This document shows positions 1-9,746 of a DNA stretch of 64,000 nt, in pieces. Within the stretch, counting starts at the first letter, position 1; every line of letters starts with the position of its first letter. The notes below the pieces were generated by a model that had not been told where the DNA came from, made no database searches, and was given only the letters and a program-made list of their open reading frames with translations. The position numbers and the translations under genes are program-made. Source of the stretch: Escherichia coli (GTDB lineage: Bacteria; Pseudomonadota; Gammaproteobacteria; Enterobacterales; Enterobacteriaceae). Location: assembly GCF_045037415.1 (NCBI RefSeq), contig NZ_CP173438.1; one strand, written 5' to 3'.

Positions 1-108
1 ACCAATGGCTGCGTCATGTTCTCTCCCCTGACTGGCTTTACTCAATAGTGGCATGCTATTGCCACCTACGCCTGTCAGAATTAACTTAAGTGTAGATAAA
101 AATTCTGG

Positions 109-1014
109 TCAAATGTTGGTGCGTACCAACGGCAAAAGTTCGTCCATTTTCTTTTCCACTGCCAGCTGTCCGGCCGCAATGGCAGCGTGCGCGCGATGGA
201 AATCAAGCGTAGATATTTGCGGGCAAACAGGTTGAATCAGAATATCGGGCGGATCACCTGCCATGCGGTTCCTTTTAAGGCGGTTCTCCAGCACCTGGAT
301 AGAAGTGGTCATAATCTCTGTTGCCGTTGGCGCTGTCACCGCCCGACGTGTCGTTATGCTGCCTAACCTTTCTTTCAGACGCGCATGCCACGGCAGAGAA
401 TCACCATTCTCGCTATTTTCTTCACTGACATTAAAGGAGAGCAAATCTTGTTGCATCAAATGAGCATCGTGCTGCAGGTCGACCGCTATCACAATATCAG
501 CCCCCAATGCACGCGTGAGGGAAATAGGAATTGGGTTAACTACAGCGCCATCAACCAGCCAGTAGCCGTTATGCGCAACGGGTGCCATTAGTCCTGGAAT
601 ACTGCATGATGCACGAATAGCAAGATGGAGATCGCCTTCAGTAAACCATAATTCACGCCCAGTACTTAAATTGGTGGCAACAGCCGCGAAGCGACGGGAA
701 CAATTTTCGATCTCTGTTTCCGGCATTATTTCGCGATATTGATTGAAGACACGCTCGCCGCGCAGTAACCCACCGCGCTGCCAGGAGAGATCCATCAGGC
801 GTAAAACATCCCAATAACTGAAAGAGGTCACCCAATCTTCCAGCGCAGATAATCGATCGCATGCATAGGCAGCGCCCACCAGCGAACCAATTGAACATCC
901 TGCAACGATATCAATTTCAATACCCACTTTTTTTAGCGCATTAATTACGCCAATATGCGACCAACCTCTTGCCGCGCCAGATCCCAGCGCCAGCCCTATT
1001 TTTATCTTTCTCAT
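109..1014 (-). CDS. rssA: patatin-like phospholipase RssA
   Basis: ORF 109..1053; from internal Met the product reads MRKIKIGLALGSGAARGWSHIGV with a GxSxG patatin motif (GCSIGS); matches E. coli RssA from memory; start set at Met14 of the ORF (301 aa). Confidence 0.85.
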   Translation of the reverse strand: MRKIKIGLALGSGAARGWSHIGVINALKKVGIEIDIVAGCSIGSLVGAAYACDRLSALEDWVTSFSYWDVLRLMDLSWQRGGLLRGERVFNQYREIMPETEIENCSRRFAAVATNLSTGRELWFTEGDLHLAIRASCSIPGLMAPVAHNGYWLVDGAVVNPIPISLTRALGADIVIAVDLQHDAHLMQQDLLSFNVSEENSENGDSLPWHARLKERLGSITTRRAVTAPTATEIMTTSIQVLENRLKRNRMAGDPPDILIQPVCPQISTLDFHRAHAAIAAGQLAVEKKMDELLPLVRTNI

Positions 1015-1126
1015 TATTCCCGCAAGATTCCCCTGGAATGCAATCGTAGCCACATCGCTACTGCTCGGTTAACATAGTGCTACTCAGGCGGTTAATACGC
1101 CGTTATTGTTTCCAGGGAGATTATTT

Positions 1127-1585
1127 GTGTCTCAGCTTTGTCCCTGTGGTAGTGCTGTCGAGTATAGCCTATGTTGCCACCCTTATGTGTCTGGTGAAAA
1201 GGTTGCACCTGATCCAGAACATCTCATGCGTTCGCGTTACTGCGCTTTTGTGATGCAAGACGCAGATTATTTAATAAAGACCTGGCATCCATCTTGTGGA
1301 GCAGCGGCGTTACGTGCCGAATTGATTGCCGGATTTGCGCATACTGAATGGTTGGGATTGACCGTATTTGAACATTGCTGGCAGGACGGCGGCGATATCG
1401 GATTTGTCAGTTTTGTTGCTCGATTTACCGAGGGTGGCAAAACAGGTGCAATAATTGAACGTTCGCGATTTTTGAAAGAAAACGGTCAATGGTACTATAT
1501 TGACGGTACACGTCCGCAGTTTGGCCGCAACGATCCCTGCCCTTGTGGTTCAGGTAAAAAATTTAAAAAGTGCTGCGGCCAATAA
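1127..1585 (+). CDS. ychJ: SEC-C motif protein YchJ (UPF0225)
   Basis: ORF 1106..1585; GTG start at 1127 gives (M)[17 protein letters not shown] metal-binding motifs at both termini (C-terminal [13 protein letters not shown]). Confidence 0.85.
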   Translation: MSQLCPCGSAVEYSLCCHPYVSGEKVAPDPEHLMRSRYCAFVMQDADYLIKTWHPSCGAAALRAELIAGFAHTEWLGLTVFEHCWQDGGDIGFVSFVARFTEGGKTGAIIERSRFLKENGQWYYIDGTRPQFGRNDPCPCGSGKKFKKCCGQ

Positions 1586-1634
1586 TGGTTGACGGTACGG
1601 TTTAGCAAACACTCTCAACAAGGTTTTTCCAGCA

Positions 1635-2477
1635 ATGCATTCACTCCAACGTAAAGTTCTGCGTACTATTTGTCCGGACCAAAAAGGTCTGATCGCACGT
1701 ATTACCAATATTTGCTACAAGCACGAGTTAAATATCGTGCAGAACAATGAATTTGTAGATCATCGTACCGGGCGCTTTTTTATGCGCACGGAACTGGAAG
1801 GGATTTTTAATGATTCCACCCTGCTGGCAGATCTCGATAGCGCATTGCCAGAAGGCTCCGTGCGTGAGCTGAATCCTGCCGGTCGTCGCCGGATAGTGAT
1901 TCTGGTCACTAAAGAAGCACATTGCCTTGGCGATTTGCTGATGAAAGCCAATTACGGCGGCCTGGATGTCGAAATCGCGGCAGTTATTGGTAACCACGAT
2001 AATTTACGTTCTCTGGTTGAGCGTTTTGATATTCCGTTTGAGCTGGTAAGCCATGAAGGGTTAAGCCGCAACGAGCACGATCAAAAGATGGCGGATGCCA
2101 TTGATGCTTATCAACCTGACTATGTGGTGCTGGCGAAGTATATGCGGGTATTAACGCCGGAATTTGTGGCTCGCTTCCCGAATAAGATCATCAATATTCA
2201 CCATTCCTTCCTGCCAGCGTTTATCGGCGCACGTCCTTATCACCAGGCCTATGAGCGTGGCGTGAAGATTATTGGCGCAACCGCTCACTATGTGAATGAC
2301 AATCTGGACGAAGGTCCAATCATCATGCAGGACGTTATTCATGTCGATCATACCTACACAGCTGAAGATATGATGCGCGCAGGTCGTGACGTCGAGAAAA
2401 ACGTCTTAAGTCGTGCGCTATACAAAGTACTGGCGCAGCGCGTCTTTGTTTACGGTAATCGGACGATTATTCTTTAA
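1635..2477 (+). CDS. purU: formyltetrahydrofolate deformylase
   Basis: 280-aa ORF MHSLQRKVLRTICPDQKGLIARITN (ACT domain) followed by a formyltransferase domain; matches PurU in sequence and position next to tyrT. Confidence 0.9.
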   Translation: MHSLQRKVLRTICPDQKGLIARITNICYKHELNIVQNNEFVDHRTGRFFMRTELEGIFNDSTLLADLDSALPEGSVRELNPAGRRRIVILVTKEAHCLGDLLMKANYGGLDVEIAAVIGNHDNLRSLVERFDIPFELVSHEGLSRNEHDQKMADAIDAYQPDYVVLAKYMRVLTPEFVARFPNKIINIHHSFLPAFIGARPYHQAYERGVKIIGATAHYVNDNLDEGPIIMQDVIHVDHTYTAEDMMRAGRDVEKNVLSRALYKVLAQRVFVYGNRTIIL

Positions 2478-2558
2478 TCGTCAGCCAAAATAACTGGTTA
2501 GCTTTAATCCGTTACGGATGAAAATCACGCAACCAGTTCATTTTTCTCAACGTAACAC

Positions 2559-2586
2559 TTTACAGCGGCGCGTCATTTGATATGAT
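2559..2586 (+). promoter_or_regulatory. tyrT promoter (-35 TTTACA, 16-bp spacer, -10 TATGAT, GC-rich discriminator)
   Basis: TTTACA at 2559-2564 and TATGAT at 2581-2586 followed by GCGCCCC, about 50 bp upstream of the mature tRNA 5' end; this is the classical stringently controlled tyrT promoter. Confidence 0.8.
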
Positions 2587-2636
2587 GCGCCCCGCTTCCC
2601 GATAAGGGAGCAGGCCAGTAAAAAGCATTACCCCGT

Positions 2637-2721
<85 letters not shown>

Positions 2722-2737
2722 TCACTCGATTCCATTA

Positions 2738-3829
2738 TCAAACCTTCGGCTTCTCCCCCATTCGCCGTAAAAACTGCTGCTGTAGCCTCAACAAATCCGC
2801 TAACGTCAACAACTGATAATCCAGACCTTGCTGGCTGGCAATTTGCGCAATAATGCGGCTTAGCGCCGAATAATGGCGATGATGCCAGTGAGGAAACAGA
2901 TGATGGGTAAGGTGCAGATTAATCCCACCCAGCCAGTAGCCAAGCCATGCAGGTTGCGGCGTCCAATCAAAGGTGGTAGCAAAGGTATGCGCCAGTCTGC
3001 CCACGGGCATTTTGCCCTCTTCTGGTGGTAACTGCGTATGTCCCTTCGCCCAGTGCGTTCCAATAATCAACGTCACAAAAATCAATGACGCCAGCAGCTG
3101 GCTGAGCAGATAAGTCAGCAGGATGGTCATAAAACTAAAATCAGACAAAAGCCAGGGAATTATCAGACACAGCGCACAATGCGCCAGTTTCCCGGCTAAG
3201 AAATATCCCCAGCCAGCAAAGCCTCGCAGGGCCAGATGTCGCGTGACCGGCGTAAACCCTGCGCGATCGAGCCAGTCCACTACCCAGATATACCAGGGAA
3301 AGGTGAGCGCGGCGACCAGTGGCCAATAGCGATGTTGCTGGCGCATAAAAGGTCGCCACCGTTGCCACGGCGTCTGGCGAAGAATGCCATTTTCTGCTGT
3401 ATCTGGATCGTAAAATTCAATATTGGTAAAACCGTGATGAAAGCGAACGTGGCGCACCCGCCAGCAGTCCGGATCTAGCCCCATAGGAAAAGCAACCCAC
3501 CGGTTAAGCCGGGCATTGGTCTTTTTACCACGCAAAAACGCATCATGCGAAGCGTCATGCACCACATTGACCGCTAACAACATGGCGCAAAACATCATCG
3601 CGAGATACCACAACAGATACAGTCCCCATTGACGTTGAAATAACGCCAGTAAGTAACAGGAGAAACAAGCAATAATCAACACCGCCATTTTGACGAATGC
3701 CCATCCGTCGGCATACCGATGATCGCCTGATTTCGCCAGATAAACTTTCGTACCGCTTTGCAGTTGTTTCACCAGTTGTGGATCATCGGCAGGAAAAGTG
3801 ATTAACCTGTCGGGATTAAACAGGTTCAT
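2738..3829 (-). CDS. membrane fatty-acid desaturase family protein
   Basis: 363-aa ORF with three histidine boxes (HDASHDAF, HVRFHHGF, HLTHHLFPHWHH) and several hydrophobic segments; last gene of the 7-gene operon. Confidence 0.7.
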   Translation of the reverse strand: MNLFNPDRLITFPADDPQLVKQLQSGTKVYLAKSGDHRYADGWAFVKMAVLIIACFSCYLLALFQRQWGLYLLWYLAMMFCAMLLAVNVVHDASHDAFLRGKKTNARLNRWVAFPMGLDPDCWRVRHVRFHHGFTNIEFYDPDTAENGILRQTPWQRWRPFMRQQHRYWPLVAALTFPWYIWVVDWLDRAGFTPVTRHLALRGFAGWGYFLAGKLAHCALCLIIPWLLSDFSFMTILLTYLLSQLLASLIFVTLIIGTHWAKGHTQLPPEEGKMPVGRLAHTFATTFDWTPQPAWLGYWLGGINLHLTHHLFPHWHHRHYSALSRIIAQIASQQGLDYQLLTLADLLRLQQQFLRRMGEKPKV

Positions 3830-4940
3830 ACTGTTTCCTTAGCGATTTACGTCCTACGCCGATTACAAATAACAGGCAATGGGCCAGCAGAATACCCACT
3901 AATCCCTTCCAGAGCAGAGTACTCCATGAACACATATAGACAATAAAATAGAGCAGTGACAACGTCACAGAGCACCACAAAATCATACCCCAATGCTGCC
4001 CGTCGCTCATGCCCCCCAGCGCAACGGAGCCTGCCGCCAGCAGAACAAATAATACGGCTTGCTCGCTGGTAATAAACTCAATGCCATAGCCATATTGTTG
4101 AATGTAGCCAAGCACCAGCATAAACAGCAGGATCACCCCTGCCCCTACCGCCCATGGAGAACTCTGGTAGCGACCTTCAATCGCTTTGCCAAATGAGCAA
4201 AAGCCCATTAAGCGTAAAAATGGCAGATTACTCTCGCGCATCGGGTTACAGGACAAGCGACTATTTTTTACGCCGTAGCCTACGTCGTATTCCGGCCCGG
4301 CACTATACGAACCGAAAAGTTTATCCCACAACAAAAAGGTGCCACCGTAATTGGTATCGGCATATTGCTTTTGATTCAGATGATGGACGCGATGATGCGA
4401 AGGCGTGATCAGCACTTTTTCCAGCCAGCCCAGTTTCGGCGTTAGTGCGTTATGGTTAAAAAATTGCCAACTATAGTGAATAATAGAAACCGCCAAAAAG
4501 ACCTGTAACGGCACACCAAGCATCGCCAGCAGCATAAAAAACGGGATTGAGGTTAACGAGGAGTACCACGAGTTCCGCACGCCTAATGACAGGTTGTAGT
4601 GTTCCCCCTGATGATGCACCACATGTACCGCCCACAGCGGGCGCATTTCGTGATGCCAGCGATGTAGCCAGTAAAAGCCGAAATCCCACGCCAGGATAGT
4701 AAACAACCACAGCAGGATCACCGGCACATTATCAAACAGTCCAAGGCTGAAGTGATTGACCACCAGGCCATAGCAGAGCACTTCCAGGCAGCGAAATAAC
4801 CACAGCATCATATGACCGGAGTTGATATTAAAAATAACGTCCAGCCAGTCCACTTTTTGCCGCCCGGTGAATTGCAACACGCCCGCTTCGGCTAACACCA
4901 ACAGCACCATCGATATGATGGGGAATAATAAATCACTCAT
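3816..4940 (-). CDS. fatty-acid hydroxylase / sterol desaturase superfamily membrane protein
   Basis: 374-aa ORF with histidine motifs HRWHHEMRPLWAVHVVHH and HHRVHH; overlaps both neighbouring genes. Confidence 0.7.
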   Translation of the reverse strand: MSDLLFPIISMVLLVLAEAGVLQFTGRQKVDWLDVIFNINSGHMMLWLFRCLEVLCYGLVVNHFSLGLFDNVPVILLWLFTILAWDFGFYWLHRWHHEMRPLWAVHVVHHQGEHYNLSLGVRNSWYSSLTSIPFFMLLAMLGVPLQVFLAVSIIHYSWQFFNHNALTPKLGWLEKVLITPSHHRVHHLNQKQYADTNYGGTFLLWDKLFGSYSAGPEYDVGYGVKNSRLSCNPMRESNLPFLRLMGFCSFGKAIEGRYQSSPWAVGAGVILLFMLVLGYIQQYGYGIEFITSEQAVLFVLLAAGSVALGGMSDGQHWGMILWCSVTLSLLYFIVYMCSWSTLLWKGLVGILLAHCLLFVIGVGRKSLRKQYEPV

Positions 4941-5535
4941 ATTGTGTCTTCCTTTTCTCGCATGTTGCGCATATCCAACCGCAAATCGACGCCAGCAACG
5001 CGCCGCCTACTAAATCGATAAATAAATGTCTGCGTAATTGCAGAATCGAAAAGGCGATTGCTATCGCCCAGACCACGCTCATTAGCGTCAGCCAACGGTT
5101 CCCCTTTTTAGCAATCGCCCATACCGCCAACAGCGTTAGCGCGGCGTGTAAGGAGGGAAAACAGTTCTGGCTTGAGTCAATGGCGATCAGCCTGTTGAGT
5201 GCGCCCGCGGATATCCCCATCTGATCAAACGAGGGATAATGCATGGTTGTGGGCCAGAGAAGATAAAATACGCCAGCCACCAGTGCGGAAATTTGCATTG
5301 AACGGGCCAGCCAGCGCAGGTGGCAAAGTGGCGTGGATAAATAACCTAACGGCACAATGAAAAAAAACGAGAGATACAGCCACACAGCGGAGGGGGAAAA
5401 CGCAATCAAATTATCAATTATTGACGGTGTTAATTGATATCCCTCACCTTGCAGGTAGTCGCTAAAGTTGTAGATAACCCCAACAGTTCCCCAGCCCAGC
5501 AGCATCTGTTTCAGGCGTAGCAGTGAATTGCTCAT
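4933..5535 (-). CDS. PAP2-like membrane phosphatase family protein
   Basis: ORF 4933..5697; likely start is the internal ATG at 5535 (MSNSLLRLKQ), which overlaps the upstream stop as ATGA; PAP2-like PSLH and RRHLFID motifs in a polytopic membrane protein. Confidence 0.55.
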   Translation of the reverse strand: MSNSLLRLKQMLLGWGTVGVIYNFSDYLQGEGYQLTPSIIDNLIAFSPSAVWLYLSFFFIVPLGYLSTPLCHLRWLARSMQISALVAGVFYLLWPTTMHYPSFDQMGISAGALNRLIAIDSSQNCFPSLHAALTLLAVWAIAKKGNRWLTLMSVVWAIAIAFSILQLRRHLFIDLVGGALLASICGWICATCEKRKTQYE

Positions 5536-6818
5536 TCCCGCCCCCACTGACGCACAATGCGCCGCCGCTTGGCTGTAAAAGAGACTGGCACAGTTTGCAG
5601 TTCCAGCGACCAAATTAATTGCCCGACAGCGATATCCTGGCGTATAAACAAGGCATTCAACGCCTCCCGGCAATGCTCCAGCATCCACAGCTCGCAATCG
5701 GCGATTAACGTCAATTGTGCTGACCCGGTTTGTAGCAGGCGATAATCGACTGTTAGCGGCAGTGTCATTGCCAGCACACGACTACAGGCATCGGCAAAAA
5801 CGGTCTGAATATCGCCGGATCTTGTTGGTAGTTGCAGTTGGTCATCCTGCCGCCCTTCGATACGCGCAATCGCCATTGTTGCACTGCCACAGGGGCATGG
5901 CTGTTCGCTTGCCACCAGCACATCATCCAGTCGATAACGCACTATCGGCTGTGTGGTGCGGGTAAAGTCTGTGACGATCGGCACGAAACGGTGCTCATCC
6001 AGCCATTGCGGTTCAATGTGAACAAACTCTTCGTTGAGATGTAACGTTCCACACCGGCAGGTGGAAGCGAGAAAGCCTTCTGTCGCCTGATAAATTTCCC
6101 CCACATTGTGGAACACGTTGCGCAGTAATTCCCGATCCTGCGGCTCCAGAACTTCCGCCACCGAAATCACTTTTTTGACCTTTAGCGTCAATTCGCCGGC
6201 CATCACCTCCAGCGCCAGTGCGCGTAATACCTGAGCTGGCGCGACAATAATCGTGGGCGCTCGCTGTTGGAGAAGTTTGAGTTGCGCCTGAAATGGCGCT
6301 AGCAGATCGTAAAAATCGAGACTTAACCAGCGATTATTCACGCTTTGATACAGGTTGTTGTCCGCGCGCAGAAACAGCGCCACCCGCTCTTTGGCAAATA
6401 AATCATCGGGCAACACTTTTGCCAGCACACCGGCGGCCCACATCTGTTGCTCGTGCGGGCTAACAACAAAAAGTCCACGACGCCCGGATGTACCTGATGA
6501 AAGCCCAACGCTGAACTTACCAACGCAGGGTTTGAAATCACGACTCTGCTCACTGCGCATTGCACAATCGAGAAGTTCGTCGCGCTTTAAACCTGCGGTA
6601 TTCATCTCATCGAAGTGCGTCATCATTAACGCTTTATCCATCATTGGCCACTGATTAAAGGGCAACGTCAGATAACGCTGAAACCACGGGCTATGAGATA
6701 AGACATTTTGCCGGAACTGATGCAGCCTTTTTGCCTGCCAGTTTTCCAGTGCCTCGCGATCGGTGAAATGCAGCCTGCGGGTACGGAAGTAGCGCCAGAT
6801 CAACATCAACGGGATCAT
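5532..6818 (-). CDS. adenylate-forming enzyme (PaaK / F390-synthetase-like acyl-CoA ligase)
   Basis: 428-aa ORF with an ANL-type phosphate-binding motif (SSGTSGRRG); size fits the PaaK-like subfamily; ATGA overlap with the upstream gene. Confidence 0.65.
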   Translation of the reverse strand: MIPLMLIWRYFRTRRLHFTDREALENWQAKRLHQFRQNVLSHSPWFQRYLTLPFNQWPMMDKALMMTHFDEMNTAGLKRDELLDCAMRSEQSRDFKPCVGKFSVGLSSGTSGRRGLFVVSPHEQQMWAAGVLAKVLPDDLFAKERVALFLRADNNLYQSVNNRWLSLDFYDLLAPFQAQLKLLQQRAPTIIVAPAQVLRALALEVMAGELTLKVKKVISVAEVLEPQDRELLRNVFHNVGEIYQATEGFLASTCRCGTLHLNEEFVHIEPQWLDEHRFVPIVTDFTRTTQPIVRYRLDDVLVASEQPCPCGSATMAIARIEGRQDDQLQLPTRSGDIQTVFADACSRVLAMTLPLTVDYRLLQTGSAQLTLIADCELWMLEHCREALNALFIRQDIAVGQLIWSLELQTVPVSFTAKRRRIVRQWGRE

Positions 6819-7621
6819 AAATCCCCCTCATGGCACAAACGAATCTCCACCACACCGTTTTGCCAAAGCTGATGGAGTTGCCCAAGCGTGTGGTAGTAGG
6901 CGTGGCTGTCGGACATAACCAGATGCGCCAGTGGTGAAGGCCCTCGCAGCTCCCGGTAGTTAGCTGGCGCCCATGCCGCATCGCCAGCCAGTAAAGTCCA
7001 GCCGTTGTCGGTTAACACAAACGCGCCAATATGTCCGGCAGCATGTCCTGGAAGCGGCACGAGAATAATTTCGCCATTGCTTTCTGGCAGCAAATAGCCG
7101 CACTCAAACGGTGCCAGTTGCGCGGGCAAATTCACCGATGCGAAACTTTCAATAAAGCGCAGTGAGGAGTCAAAATTCTCCGGGATTAGCCCTGGCACAA
7201 AGGCCTGGCGCAGCGCAGTGACACCACGCAGAGTTCTTACTTGCCGCCAGCCTTCACCAGAACAGATGCAGGAAACATCAGGGAAATCACGCAGGCCAGC
7301 AATATGATCAGCGTGAAAATGCGACAGAATAATCGCATCAACATCTTTCGCTGCGAGGCCGGTGGCAGAAAGTTGTCGCACCAGCGCCTGTTGCGGATCG
7401 AAATAAACCGGCGTGACCTGGCGATAAAGACGAAACACACCAGATTGCGTGTAGTGTTCGAACCACGATGAATAGCCTGTGTCCCACAGCCACCGTTTGT
7501 CGCCCACCTCCAGCAGCCAGGCGCGGGCGGGGAATTTGCACACTTTCAGCCCTGCCCCTTTCAGCGCAATACAGCTAATATGGGTACACCAGCCCGTTTC
7601 AAATGCGGTTATTTTTGCCAT
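6815..7621 (-). CDS. metallo-beta-lactamase-fold hydrolase
   Basis: 268-aa ORF with the HxHxDH zinc motif (ILSHFHADHIAG). Confidence 0.7.
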   Translation of the reverse strand: MAKITAFETGWCTHISCIALKGAGLKVCKFPARAWLLEVGDKRWLWDTGYSSWFEHYTQSGVFRLYRQVTPVYFDPQQALVRQLSATGLAAKDVDAIILSHFHADHIAGLRDFPDVSCICSGEGWRQVRTLRGVTALRQAFVPGLIPENFDSSLRFIESFASVNLPAQLAPFECGYLLPESNGEIILVPLPGHAAGHIGAFVLTDNGWTLLAGDAAWAPANYRELRGPSPLAHLVMSDSHAYYHTLGQLHQLWQNGVVEIRLCHEGDL

Positions 7622-8615
7622 GTTCCCTCAGCCATTGTCCCGTGATTGCAATACCTTGTTCCATCGAAAAGCGTGGGCGATATCCCAGCTCTGTAATGGC
7701 CTTTTGCGCACTCAGCGTCATATCGAAACAGAGTGTTCCGGCGCTGTATCGTGTGATAACAGGTTCCTGATTAACGCACTTCCCATACAGTTCCAGGCCA
7801 CGCGCGATCAGAGAAAGCAGCGACCAGGGAACAGCAGCAATGCGGTAACTCAAGCCCAGTTGCTGGTGCAGCAAGGCGTCAAGCATCACCGATAGCTGCT
7901 GCGGCTGGTGATTGCTGATGTTGTAAATACTGCCCGAGCGTAAGCCTTCAACGTTCGTTGCCAGCCGCATGGCATACACCACGTTTTGCACGAACGTGAG
8001 ATCCAATAACGCGTCGCCCCCGCGCGGCAAACGTAAGCAACCGCCGCCCTGTTGCAATTGCTGCATCAGACGAGGAACAATTACCTGGTCATGGGGGCCA
8101 AACAAACCACGGGGACGCAAAAGAATAAATCTCGTGGCAGAATATCGAGAAACAGCGCCAGCAATAACCTGCTCAGCGGCATATTTACTGCTGGCATAAT
8201 GGCTGGAGAATGCTCGCGCAAGATAAGTTTCTGGCAGGTCATAGTGATGTTGAAAATCAAAGTAAACCGCAGGCGTGGAGATATGGATAAACCGGGGAAT
8301 ATTCAGCCTGCCTGCCGCCTGTGCCAGAGTGTGGGTCACTTTGACATTGGCAAGCCAGAACGCCGTTTTGTCGCCCCAGGGCGAGGACTTTGCCGCACAG
8401 TGCCAGACGGCATCGCAGCCGTCCATCAGGCGGGCGCAGTCATCCTCGGTTGCCTCGGTTAAATCGAGAGCCACAAACTGTGCGCCTGCGTTTGTCAGGC
8501 TTCTGCCAACCTCACAATTTCGCCCTGTTGCCACAACCGACTCACCCGATTGCAACAAATATTGCACGGCATTTCGCCCAAGGCCGCTGGTCGCCCCTGT
8601 TACGAGGATCTTCAC
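7599..8615 (-). CDS. NAD(P)-dependent epimerase/dehydratase-family reductase (extended SDR)
   Basis: 338-aa ORF; N-terminal Rossmann motif MKILVTGATSGLGRN and catalytic YxxxK (YASSKYAAE). Confidence 0.75.
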   Translation of the reverse strand: MKILVTGATSGLGRNAVQYLLQSGESVVATGRNCEVGRSLTNAGAQFVALDLTEATEDDCARLMDGCDAVWHCAAKSSPWGDKTAFWLANVKVTHTLAQAAGRLNIPRFIHISTPAVYFDFQHHYDLPETYLARAFSSHYASSKYAAEQVIAGAVSRYSATRFILLRPRGLFGPHDQVIVPRLMQQLQQGGGCLRLPRGGDALLDLTFVQNVVYAMRLATNVEGLRSGSIYNISNHQPQQLSVMLDALLHQQLGLSYRIAAVPWSLLSLIARGLELYGKCVNQEPVITRYSAGTLCFDMTLSAQKAITELGYRPRFSMEQGIAITGQWLREHGKNNRI

Positions 8616-9655
8616 GGTAAAAGCACCATGCCAGCCAGCGTTAGTCCCGCTGCCGTGCCAATCAACATTACAGGTTTATCCGCTGTGAAACGACCGCTAA
8701 TCACTGCTTCATGCAGCGCCGTGGGGATAGAGGCCGCGACCTGATTGCCGTAAAAACGATACACATCGATGAGCGCAGATTCCGGCACTCGCAGCCGTTT
8801 ACGCATATGTTCAAGGGAAAGATGACTGGCCTGATGCGGAACGACCGTGCCGATATCAGACAGTTGCAGGCTGCTTTTTTGCAGCAACCGAGAAAAATAA
8901 TCTTCAATAAGCGAAGAAGCAAAACGAAACAGCGGTTTCCCCTGCATATGAAAAAGAAAGTCGCTATCACTCACACCAGAGCGAGGATTACGCCGCGTAC
9001 CGCCAGCACGAATTTCACACAGTTCGCTGCCTTCGGGATACATTTCGATCAGGCTAGCGATAATCCCGCTGCGCCCATCGCCCCGCTCAACAATCGCGCA
9101 CGCCGCGCCATCACCAAAAATTAATGAAGACTCTTCATGATCCCAGTCGATACCGCGTGAAGCAATATCTGCCGAAACGATGGCAATGCGTCGATATGCT
9201 CCACAGTTTAATAATCCGGCAGCGACTTCAAGAGCGGAAATAAAGCTCACACAGCTACTGTTGATATCAAACCCGGCAACGCCTACGGGCATGGCTGCGG
9301 CTTTAAGAATATGAATTGCGCTACAGGGTAATGCCTGTACGGCAATGGCCGATGCACAAATTAGCAGATCAATATCAGAAGGATTTAAGGCTGCCGCTAC
9401 TAACGCATTATGTAAAGCCTCTGCCGCCAGTTCGGCCTGGCTGGCGTCGTTGCGGGCAAAATAGCGCCAGCAAATACCGGAACGTCGCTCAACATAGCCA
9501 ACTGGCTTATTTAACTGAACATCCAGTTGTTTAGAAGTGATTTGATCAGGGGGTAAGGCGATCCCCGTGGCGATTATTTTTAACGCCGCGGAGATCGTCG
9601 GTTGATTAGGTCGAGCCACGGTCAGTGCTCCTTCACTGCTCCATAGGTGGACCAA
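8612..9655 (-). CDS. FabH-like (KAS III / thiolase-fold) condensing enzyme
   Basis: 347-aa ORF with FabH-like His and Asn regions (VPHQASHLSL, YGNQVAASIP) and a candidate nucleophile Cys (LICASAIAV); first gene of the operon, starting 90 bp downstream of the narI stop. Confidence 0.7.
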   Translation of the reverse strand: MVHLWSSEGALTVARPNQPTISAALKIIATGIALPPDQITSKQLDVQLNKPVGYVERRSGICWRYFARNDASQAELAAEALHNALVAAALNPSDIDLLICASAIAVQALPCSAIHILKAAAMPVGVAGFDINSSCVSFISALEVAAGLLNCGAYRRIAIVSADIASRGIDWDHEESSLIFGDGAACAIVERGDGRSGIIASLIEMYPEGSELCEIRAGGTRRNPRSGVSDSDFLFHMQGKPLFRFASSLIEDYFSRLLQKSSLQLSDIGTVVPHQASHLSLEHMRKRLRVPESALIDVYRFYGNQVAASIPTALHEAVISGRFTADKPVMLIGTAAGLTLAGMVLLP

Positions 9656-9714
9656 TCATATAGATGAAGTACGTTTCCCTACAATCCGAAAAATCGGCAG
9701 TGTGTAACCGCCGA

Positions 9715-9746
9715 TGTTTGGTTTAGATAATGTTTGGTTTAGATAA
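9715..9746. repeat. perfect tandem duplication of a 16-bp unit (TGTTTGGTTTAGATAA x2)
   Basis: Read directly: the unit at 9715-9730 is repeated at 9731-9746, ending immediately before the narI stop codon at 9747. Confidence 0.85.
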
